From an uncultured Candidatus Peribacteria bacterium (GTDB taxonomy: Bacteria; Patescibacteriota; Gracilibacteria; RBG-16-42-10), in assembly GCA_964514565.1 (NCBI GenBank), contig CAZERA010000003.1:25221-89220 (forward strand): a stretch of DNA of 64,000 nucleotides. Reading direction: 5' to 3'. Positions 47,335 through 55,001 of this stretch are shown in pieces (the first letter of the stretch is position 1; every line of letters begins with the position of its first letter). The notes beneath the pieces were generated by a model. That model was not told the DNA's origin, made no database searches, and was given only the letters and a program-made list of their open reading frames with translations. The position numbers were made by a program, and so were the translations under genes.

Positions 47335-48312
47335 ATGGGAATAGATAAGAGGAAACCACGTTCAATTCGGGCAATAGCGAATATGGTGGCTATTGATACT
47401 AGTCACCCTGATCGCACAATCTTATTTGATGTTTATTATCAATTACAAAAGGCCTTGGGGACTGATAATCATACATTGGCTTTTCAGTGTGCAATTGATG
47501 GTGTGGTGTATGGTGTGACCTTGATCCGAGAGCAAGGGAAGGTGACATGTAGACTGTTTGCCTTTATTGATGAGCATCAGTCAGAGATTCTTTGGCCCTC
47601 TGTTGAGCATATTCTGCATGGTATCTACGCTATTAGCGATTTACGTACGGGCTTTGATTTTAAAGCTTTCTCTGCTGAAATTGCTAATTCGTTTGAGGAG
47701 CCAATGCCAGTTACTCGACGTAGATTAGCCTCAGTTTTAGGTCCCGAAGATGCAGAACCTGATGATTTGGCGACTCGTTTGAGACAAGCAGCAGAATTAG
47801 CCGCGGAGTTTGGTGATGAGGGACCAGCTGATCCTCGCCATGTTTCACTTGGTGTTTCTTTTCCTATCCCATCTATTGCTCCTGCGACGCCACCTAAACA
47901 GCAGCAACCTGGTCGGCGCAAATCAGTGATATTTGTTCCCAGCCCAGAATCTCTACCAACCGCAATAGCTGTTGTGAGAGCAAGAATTCATTCGGTTTTT
48001 CTAGGCAATAAAGAGGCCAAGAAAACAATTATGCTTGATGAATGTGCAATACGTGTAACGGAAGCTTTATTAAGCAGGAGAGATGAATTTGCTAAAAGAG
48101 ATGCACGCCACCCACTTCGACGAGCTTGGCCCCAGCAACAGGAACATGTCCTTTATATCCATCATACCGAGCAAGGTTTGTGGGTATATGCTGGACCAGC
48201 TGGTTTACAAAACAAGAATAGAATTTTTATTCCTTTTCAGCTGGATGGTAGTTATGTGAAAATTCCTCCTAATGCACCATGGCAATTGATTGCAGATATG
48301 TTGGGGGTGTAG
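47335..48312 (+). CDS. Hypothetical protein (325 aa)
   Basis: ORF starting 5 nt after the previous stop. No motif recognised. Confidence 0.65.
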   Translation: MGIDKRKPRSIRAIANMVAIDTSHPDRTILFDVYYQLQKALGTDNHTLAFQCAIDGVVYGVTLIREQGKVTCRLFAFIDEHQSEILWPSVEHILHGIYAISDLRTGFDFKAFSAEIANSFEEPMPVTRRRLASVLGPEDAEPDDLATRLRQAAELAAEFGDEGPADPRHVSLGVSFPIPSIAPATPPKQQQPGRRKSVIFVPSPESLPTAIAVVRARIHSVFLGNKEAKKTIMLDECAIRVTEALLSRRDEFAKRDARHPLRRAWPQQQEHVLYIHHTEQGLWVYAGPAGLQNKNRIFIPFQLDGSYVKIPPNAPWQLIADMLGV

Positions 48313-48342
48313 TAAAGAAATAGTAGTTTTAACTCTTATCCC

Positions 48343-48843
48343 ATGGCTGAGGCAACCAATCCATTTCTGCACGAAGTAGTAATTACCACCATCATTGTGC
48401 GTGATGGCAAATATTTGATTACTCGTAGAGCTGCCACTAAACGTCGTTTTCCCAGTATGTGGACTGTACCTGGTGGGAGATTGGAGACTAGTGATTACAT
48501 CAATCTACCAAAACAAACTGAGTTCTATTGGTACAATGTCCTAGAGCAAGTCGCTAAACGTGAAGTGGCCGAAGAGGTAGGTTTGCAGATTACCAATATC
48601 CGTTATGTGACTAGTCTCGCTACTATTCATGCTGATGGTAATCCATCTTTAGTGATTTCTTGTATTGCTGACTATGTCAGTGGTGATGTGAAGCTACAAT
48701 TGGAGGAGACTGATGCTGCTGAGTGGGTCAGTCTGGAAGATGCTAAAAAATATGATTTGATCGATGGTATCTATGATGAGTTAGCAATGGCTGAGAAAGT
48801 ACGACTAGGTGCTAGTAGCGGCGAATGGAGTCGCGAGCAATAA
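48343..48843 (+). CDS. NUDIX hydrolase
   Basis: Nudix box GGRLETSDY...VAKREVAEEVGL. 166 aa. Confidence 0.75.
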   Translation: MAEATNPFLHEVVITTIIVRDGKYLITRRAATKRRFPSMWTVPGGRLETSDYINLPKQTEFYWYNVLEQVAKREVAEEVGLQITNIRYVTSLATIHADGNPSLVISCIADYVSGDVKLQLEETDAAEWVSLEDAKKYDLIDGIYDELAMAEKVRLGASSGEWSREQ

Positions 48844-48856
48844 TTTTTGATTTTGT

Positions 48857-49891
48857 ATGATTTGGTCTCCTGAAAAGCGGGAATATGAAGTTGCTAAGTA
48901 TCAACAGCGTCAGCATCGGGCGATTGGCTCAAAAATAGTTGATGTGTGGCAGGAGGAGACCAATCAAGTTGTTTTGAATCGAGGGCGTTTAATGCAGTTG
49001 TTTCATCAGCTGAAGCCTTGGTTAGAGAAAGCTAGGTTGGCGCCAATGGCTACTTCAAGGGGATATCAAGTTGATGCGTCTTATGCAGCGAAAATTGAAG
49101 GATTTACCACTCAATCCCATCGCGTGAGACTAGATGATGGTAGTGAATTCTTTGCGCTTTATAATTATCCCCAAGGTAAATGGCGTCGTCGTTCGGATCG
49201 GATGACTGAGGTTCTCACTGGAGACAAAATGCGAAAACCTGCGCCTGATCAGTGGAAGAGCAGAGTAGAGTCTCGTAGCATAATCCCTACTGTACAAATG
49301 CCAGATGATTTGGGGCATCCTGATCAAGCAGATTTGGTAGTGATGCCTTATATTCCATCAATCAATGGTTATGATTTGTTTGCTCGTCCTCAGGAGATTA
49401 CTGACTGGGGTATTTTTCAGGCTATGCAAGGTCTCAATTGGGAACAATCAATGCACCTTTTACAAAAAGTAGCTGTAGCTTTGGCTTCACTGCATACCAA
49501 TAAACTGAGCTGGGGAGAGTCTATTTTGCAAAATGTAGTTTTTACTCCCGAACGAGTTCCACTGTGGGTAGATGCTGAGATGGCTTATCGCAATATGACA
49601 TGGGAGCGCGAGCAAGCGACTGATGTGCGTAATCTTGCTGTTTCCAGTCTGGGCTCTTTTTCTGATGGATATCCTCAGCATTTTGATGAAAGCGAAATAC
49701 TACACACATTGCTAACCGTGCAATCAACAGAAGTGTTGGTAGACTTGGATCGACTTTGTGCCGAGCAGATGGGATGGTTTCAAGCACGAGCATTTGAACA
49801 CTTTGGTAAATATCGACTAGGAGCCAAAAATCGCACGCATTTTGAAGCGTGTAAGCAAGCGATTAGAGGCAAATTAAAGGAATTGTTGTAA
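48857..49891 (+). CDS. Kinase-fold protein (RIO/Kdo/APH-like) with a degenerate catalytic loop; possible pseudokinase
   Basis: LVVMPYIPSINGYDLF is hinge-like. ALASLHTNKLSWGESILQNVVF occupies the place of LH..G..HGDL...N, with Asp replaced by Glu. LWVDAEMAY stands in for IDFE/DFG, and TDVRNL follows. Confidence 0.4.
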   Translation: MIWSPEKREYEVAKYQQRQHRAIGSKIVDVWQEETNQVVLNRGRLMQLFHQLKPWLEKARLAPMATSRGYQVDASYAAKIEGFTTQSHRVRLDDGSEFFALYNYPQGKWRRRSDRMTEVLTGDKMRKPAPDQWKSRVESRSIIPTVQMPDDLGHPDQADLVVMPYIPSINGYDLFARPQEITDWGIFQAMQGLNWEQSMHLLQKVAVALASLHTNKLSWGESILQNVVFTPERVPLWVDAEMAYRNMTWEREQATDVRNLAVSSLGSFSDGYPQHFDESEILHTLLTVQSTEVLVDLDRLCAEQMGWFQARAFEHFGKYRLGAKNRTHFEACKQAIRGKLKELL

Positions 49892-49954
49892 TTGACATTA
49901 TTGTAGGTTGCTTTACGATAAAGGCCCCATTGGTAGGGTGTTTATTTACGATTT

Positions 49955-50476
49955 ATGAATAACAGAACTAAATTTTTTGGTCATGAGAGGGCTCCAGTTT
50001 CAGCAACTACAGGTAGACCTTCATCCATTTTATTTCATCTCAACGAGTCACTAGAAAGATTAGTATTGGCAGAAGGACCAGATGTTACTCTATCGCGAGC
50101 TATGATGGCACAAATTTTAAAAGGTTTTCAATCAAGGTCAGTTGCCTATTCTTTGGAGACGGCATCAGGACAAACCTTTGATTTCGTTTTCATTCCTGCC
50201 AATAAAATGAGCAGGTATGGAGCAATTCAAGTGACTGAACGGATTACACCAGGTCGGTCCCGTTTAGTATGGCGTATGCCATTTATCACTCCAACAATAC
50301 TAAACGACGGCCTCACTCCAGACGCGAAATTAGCAATCTATACTATAGATGCGCAAGATGAAATGTTGTTGCGTGATCTATTCAGAAAAGAACAAACAGC
50401 ACAAAGAGAGAAGACGTACAAAGTATTAAATTTTGCCGGCCCTGGTTCTGCGCAGTCAGGACAATCAAGTCTATAA
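49955..50476 (+). CDS. Hypothetical protein (173 aa)
   Basis: ORF only. Its 3' end overlaps the convergent EVE gene by 6 nt. Confidence 0.55.
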   Translation: MNNRTKFFGHERAPVSATTGRPSSILFHLNESLERLVLAEGPDVTLSRAMMAQILKGFQSRSVAYSLETASGQTFDFVFIPANKMSRYGAIQVTERITPGRSRLVWRMPFITPTILNDGLTPDAKLAIYTIDAQDEMLLRDLFRKEQTAQREKTYKVLNFAGPGSAQSGQSSL

Positions 50477-50878
50477 ACCGCTCATAGAGGTAATCGCGTG
50501 ATAGTCTGCTTCGCTAATAGGAATAACTGAAAGCCTGCTATGTTTCACAATTAGCATTTTGCTTAGGGTAGGATGCTCTTTTAGGGTAGCTAAACTCACG
50601 GGAGTGCCTAGTTGTTTTTGGGCTCGAATATCGACACAAACCCAATTGGATTCTTCTGTCGTAGGATCTTGGTAAGCAGGTTTGATTACTTCAGCAATGC
50701 CCACGATACTTTTTTCATCACCACTATGATAAATGAAGCAGATATCTCCTTCTTTCATGGCGCGTAAGTTGTTGCGAGCTTGGTAATTACGTATGCCAGT
50801 CCAAGCCGTATGTTGGTCTTTGAGCAGATCTTGCCAGCTATAGGTAGATGGCTCAGTTTTGAGAATGAAATAATTCAT
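50471..50878 (-). CDS. EVE (PUA-like, DUF55) domain protein
   Basis: MNYFILKTEPSTYSWQDL......W.GIRNYQARNNLRAMKEGDICFIYHSG....IVGIAEV is the canonical EVE pattern. Confidence 0.8.
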   Translation of the reverse strand: MNYFILKTEPSTYSWQDLLKDQHTAWTGIRNYQARNNLRAMKEGDICFIYHSGDEKSIVGIAEVIKPAYQDPTTEESNWVCVDIRAQKQLGTPVSLATLKEHPTLSKMLIVKHSRLSVIPISEADYHAITSMSGL

Positions 50879-51009
50879 AGGGGCAAATTAACAATTTACA
50901 GTGATCAATTTACAATGAGAATTTGAAAGCGCAAAGATTCACTCTATAAAGAAGATTGCACTGCCAATTTGGCTGAAATTCTGCTACAATAAAAAGAATA
51001 CAAAAAAAC

Positions 51010-52629
51010 ATGTCCCCTGATAGTCACGATGACATTAGCGAAACACTCCGGCCAGTTCAGCCCCAAGCTAATAAAGATAAAGCTGAGCTAGGGACTGCAG
51101 ATGCGGCACAAGAAACTGTTCATCTTGTTTTGGATGCTTTGCGCGGCCTTGATGCAAAGGCCAATGTCCCGACTGATACTTTTATTGGAGGTGGTGCAGT
51201 TGGACTGATTGACCCAACACAAGTGGAGAAACTTATTAAGCTTGACGAAGAAGCACACGCTGTGCCATTGGTACGAAAAAAGGATAAGCTTGTTGCTCCT
51301 GAAGTTTCAGCTGAACCTCCTTCAAAAGACGTGATTGCTCAAGCAGTTGAGAAGCGAATGACTCTGGAAGAAGCTGAACGGTTTCGTAATGCTCGAGCTG
51401 TACAGCTGCAGTATGTTTTAGGCTTAGTTACCAATCAGAGTCCAACAAATCATTTTGATTTAGCCCACCTTTTAGCCAATGCTAAAAGCCATTGTCCAGA
51501 CTTTAGCCAAGAAGAGCTTCTGGCTATGATAAACCAGCATGATTTGGTCCGTAGTAATCTGCATCTTCAGGGAGCTTTAATTACTGGTGGCAGAAAAGTA
51601 GTAGAAGGTCCTGACCATAAGCCCGTCAGCATTTTTAGTATGAGGCTGCTAGGACAAGGTGGTTTAGGAAAGGTGACTGATGCTTATTTGCTTAAAGACG
51701 CCATGTTTGTACCTGCGGTAGTGAAAGAATCTCATCAGTGGGAAATTGACCCCAAAGATCCTGAAGCTCCAGCTAAAATGAGACAGAATCAGATTTTTCA
51801 ATCCAATTTCTTGGTGGAAATGAACAATGCTATCGACTGTTTACAGCATAATGTTCCTGGGATGATCAGGCCGTTGTTGGTAGTGCCTGGGAACGGTGCT
51901 GATGAAAGCTCACTGATAGCTTATGAAAAGATTGCTAATAAAGATGGAGAATCTTTAGACTTCGGGTATTTAGCTACTGATCCACGCTTTTTAATTTCAA
52001 AAAAGGTAGCTGCTTTTGCTGGTGCTGCTACTATTTTGGCGGATTTACATGCGTCGGGTAGAGCTCACTTAGATTTCAAACCAGAGAATGTAATGGTAAA
52101 TGAAAAAGGGGAGCCGATAATAATCGATATTGGTAGCAGAATTGCTTTAACCGATGAAGTTCATGTCGATCCTGATGCTGACCCAAAACCTTATGGCAGT
52201 ATTACTAAGCGCTTTGATTATGGTATGCAAGGACTAGGATTTACGCCTGATATGGTACCACTTGCTAGAGTAAAAAATGCTTTAGGACAAGGCAAAGGTC
52301 TAGAAGTGATAGATCGTATCGCTTTAGGTAATAGTCTTGTTACACTGTTGCAATATGCCAATTTTCTGACTAATCCTAATTTCCCAGATTTAATTTCCTA
52401 TCAGAAATATTTCAACCTACCAGATGATCAGTATCCACCGCAGTCGCTAAAGGATATGCTTGCGCTAGCAGCTGAATTGCGCGATATTGATTCTGATACG
52501 CCACTCCGATCACTACGAGTGATTGCAGATGAGATTCGACTAATTGCTACCCGTTTTCAGCTAGATCTTGATTTGTTACAAATTGAGGTCGGTAAACAAC
52601 ACAATATAGTGCTTAAATCTGATTTATAG
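51010..52629 (+). CDS. Hanks-type Ser/Thr protein kinase with a ~200-aa N-terminal region of unknown function
   Basis: G-loop LLGQGGLGKV, Lys in PAVVKES, catalytic loop AHLDFKPENVMV and IIIDIGS (DFG equivalent). Confidence 0.75.
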   Translation: MSPDSHDDISETLRPVQPQANKDKAELGTADAAQETVHLVLDALRGLDAKANVPTDTFIGGGAVGLIDPTQVEKLIKLDEEAHAVPLVRKKDKLVAPEVSAEPPSKDVIAQAVEKRMTLEEAERFRNARAVQLQYVLGLVTNQSPTNHFDLAHLLANAKSHCPDFSQEELLAMINQHDLVRSNLHLQGALITGGRKVVEGPDHKPVSIFSMRLLGQGGLGKVTDAYLLKDAMFVPAVVKESHQWEIDPKDPEAPAKMRQNQIFQSNFLVEMNNAIDCLQHNVPGMIRPLLVVPGNGADESSLIAYEKIANKDGESLDFGYLATDPRFLISKKVAAFAGAATILADLHASGRAHLDFKPENVMVNEKGEPIIIDIGSRIALTDEVHVDPDADPKPYGSITKRFDYGMQGLGFTPDMVPLARVKNALGQGKGLEVIDRIALGNSLVTLLQYANFLTNPNFPDLISYQKYFNLPDDQYPPQSLKDMLALAAELRDIDSDTPLRSLRVIADEIRLIATRFQLDLDLLQIEVGKQHNIVLKSDL

Positions 52630-52637
52630 ATATTTTT

Positions 52638-53219
52638 ATGATCAATACACCATCATCAATTCCACCCGTGCAAACACCTGAGGCTTTAGCCGCAGTAAAA
52701 CGAGTAACTACTCGTATAGCAGTGACTTCAGTTTTGGCCGCTGCTGGTAATCAGCATGATCAGTTGCAAGAAATATCTTTGTCAGACTATCAAGCTGCAG
52801 TTTCTGCTGCCCCCAAAAGACTTTTGAATCCTGCGAGTTGGGCTGGTTTCTTGGCGAGATTTTCTAAGAGGCCTCTTCCATTTGGTGCCATGCCGGGTAG
52901 TAGTAAATCAAAGATTGATTGTAGTCAGTATGTAAATGGTGAATATATTTTGGCTATACTTCCCACCGACCTCAATGGTGTGGCTTGGAATGAAAGAGAC
53001 ATTGCTGCTGGTGAGCAGTTTTGTTTCCAACCAGCTGGTGGCAATCAGTTGGCCCAAGTAGCCAGTATTTTGCCAGCAGCTGTTCGAGCTGCAGGCACAT
53101 TTCAATTACAATTTTTGCCCGGTGAGGACAAAGCAACAAAAGTAACTGCTGCTCTCCAAACTGCGTACGGAAGGATTCAAGCTTTGACACTTGGTAGCGA
53201 GGGGACTGCTGCAGCTTAA
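52638..53219 (+). CDS. Hypothetical protein (193 aa)
   Basis: ORF starting 8 nt after the kinase stop. No motif recognised. Confidence 0.55.
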   Translation: MINTPSSIPPVQTPEALAAVKRVTTRIAVTSVLAAAGNQHDQLQEISLSDYQAAVSAAPKRLLNPASWAGFLARFSKRPLPFGAMPGSSKSKIDCSQYVNGEYILAILPTDLNGVAWNERDIAAGEQFCFQPAGGNQLAQVASILPAAVRAAGTFQLQFLPGEDKATKVTAALQTAYGRIQALTLGSEGTAAA

Positions 53220-53319
53220 GCGAGATTTTTTACTTGCTGTATATTCAAGCAAAGAAAAAGAACCATTTTGCTTGAACAAAACTAAATTACCTATTAAGAT
53301 GCAGTCGCTTCTGATAGAT

Positions 53320-53394
53320 GCCACTTTAGCTCAATGGTAGAGCAATCGCTTTGTAAGCGAAAGGTTGTCGGTTCAAGTCCGACAAGTGGCTCCA
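53320..53394 (+). tRNA. tRNA-Thr (anticodon UGU)
   Basis: Hand fold: acceptor GCCACTT/AAGTGGC, D arm GCTC-AATGGTA-GAGC, anticodon arm ATCGC-TTTGTAA-GCGAA (one A-A mismatch), T arm GTCGG-TTCAAGT-CCGAC, encoded CCA followed by a T-run. Confidence 0.85.
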
Positions 53395-53477
53395 TTTTTA
53401 TAAAATACGTATTGAATCGAACTAACTATTATCTTCAATAAGATAATGATAGGATTCTTTCGATTAAATCCCCATCT

Positions 53478-54137
53478 ATGAATCCTAGGGTTGCCGCTTG
53501 CATAATAATGGTCACTGCTTTTTGTGGTGTCTTGTTAGCACCACAGACCGTACTTGCAAACACCTATTCAGATGTTGCTTCTAGCGACGCTGACTTTGCA
53601 GCAATTAGTAGCTTAACGAACTGGGGTGTGATATCGGGAAGTGAAGATGGCCAGTTTCATCCTGATTCACCTCTGACTAGATGCGAACTTGCGAAAATTG
53701 CAAGGTTAGCGAATGCTCACAGACCCAATGGCCAGTTCTTACCTTTAACTGGTAGTGGTGAACCTCAAGAATTTTCAGATATTCCTACCAGTCATTGGTG
53801 TCACCATTATGTCCGTGAACTGAAATACCACAATGTGCTTAACGGCTATCCTGATGGCACATTCAGACCCAACCAAAAAGTCACTCAGATTGAGGCCTTG
53901 AAAATTTTAATCAATAGTCTGAAAGCAGGTCCACTACAGGAGGACTTTATCAATAATCGCTATACTGATGTACAAAGTACTGACTGGTGGGCACCGTATA
54001 TTCAACATGTAATGGTATACCGTCTTACATATGGCCACGATGAAGCGAGTTACGGAATTGGCAAATTAATGTCACGGCGTGAAGCGGCAAGAATCACCTA
54101 TAATCTTTTGCAAATTTTCGATTACAGCTCTAACTAA
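53478..54137 (+). CDS. Small secreted protein made of three SLH domains
   Basis: Signal peptide, then YSDVASSDADFAAISSLTNWGVISG, FSDIPTSHWCHHYVRELKYHNVLNGYPDGTFRPNQKVTQIEALKILI and YTDVQSTDWWAPYIQHV. Confidence 0.8.
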   Translation: MNPRVAACIIMVTAFCGVLLAPQTVLANTYSDVASSDADFAAISSLTNWGVISGSEDGQFHPDSPLTRCELAKIARLANAHRPNGQFLPLTGSGEPQEFSDIPTSHWCHHYVRELKYHNVLNGYPDGTFRPNQKVTQIEALKILINSLKAGPLQEDFINNRYTDVQSTDWWAPYIQHVMVYRLTYGHDEASYGIGKLMSRREAARITYNLLQIFDYSSN

Positions 54138-54181
54138 ATATCCTTATAGTTATTTAGCTTTTTGTCATTCTGATAATTTCT

Positions 54182-54628
54182 TTATTTGCCAAGTGTAGAT
54201 AGTTCAGCATTTTTTACTGCCCATCGATGGAATTCGTGTGCTGTGGATTGCAGAAATTCGTTTGGGTCAATCCACAAGACCTTATGATCTGCTTCTAGTC
54301 CTTTTGACTGTCCCTTTTTGTGCTCCACTGTGCATCGAAAATATGTACCTATTTTGTTGATAGGCCCAAGATCTGACATCGGAAAGAACTGGTTGGCATT
54401 GCCAATTATGTGGTGATCAATAACGGTTAAGCCTGTTTCTTCCTTGATTTCTCGTATTACAGCAGCAACAGGATCCTCTCCGTTATCGATTCCTCCGCCT
54501 GGCAAGTGGTATCTACCACGAACAAAAACTACCAGTAATTTTTGGGCTTTGTTGGTAATTACAGCATACGCACCAGGTCTATCTTTGAATTCACCTATTG
54601 GTGTGCCAAACTGTGGCGTGGTAGTCAT
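54182..54628 (-). CDS. NUDIX hydrolase
   Basis: Nudix box LPGGGIDNGEDPVAAVIREIKEETGL. 148 aa. Confidence 0.8.
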   Translation of the reverse strand: MTTTPQFGTPIGEFKDRPGAYAVITNKAQKLLVVFVRGRYHLPGGGIDNGEDPVAAVIREIKEETGLTVIDHHIIGNANQFFPMSDLGPINKIGTYFRCTVEHKKGQSKGLEADHKVLWIDPNEFLQSTAHEFHRWAVKNAELSTLGK

Positions 54629-54755
54629 GGGAAAGGAGTTGAAATTTTAGAGACTGTAGAACATGGCTTGGTCCTAGTCAAAATTCTAGTTCAAGCTATT
54701 ACACTTATTATATGTTGCTAGTATTACGGTGACTGAGTGTTGGTTTTGCTACAGC

Positions 54756-54905
54756 TAAGGATGATAAATGAGCTCTTTAACTGTGACTTCATCAGTGCAT
54801 TGGTTTCGGACCCTACTCCATCTTACTGACCGCTGCCTTAAGGGTTCGACATGGAAATGATACAAAATGTTACTTTGCTCACAATCTTCTCCATTTTTCG
54901 GCATA
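54756..54905 (-). CDS. Unannotated small ORF (49 aa), member A of a repeated small-protein family
   Basis: My translation is MPKNGEDCEQSNILYHFHVEPLRQRSVRWSRVRNQCTDEVTVKELIYHP. It falls below the 60-aa cutoff of the ORF track. It is homologous to the copies at 56879..57038 and 58260..58424, with substitutions concentrated at codon third positions. Confidence 0.4.
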
Positions 54906-55001
54906 CGCAAGAGAGAATACTTATACTTTAGTATAGGTTTCTTTGAGTGAGAGATTTATATTGCAAAATCTGTTAAAATGTAATGAACTAATTATTTTGC
55001 T

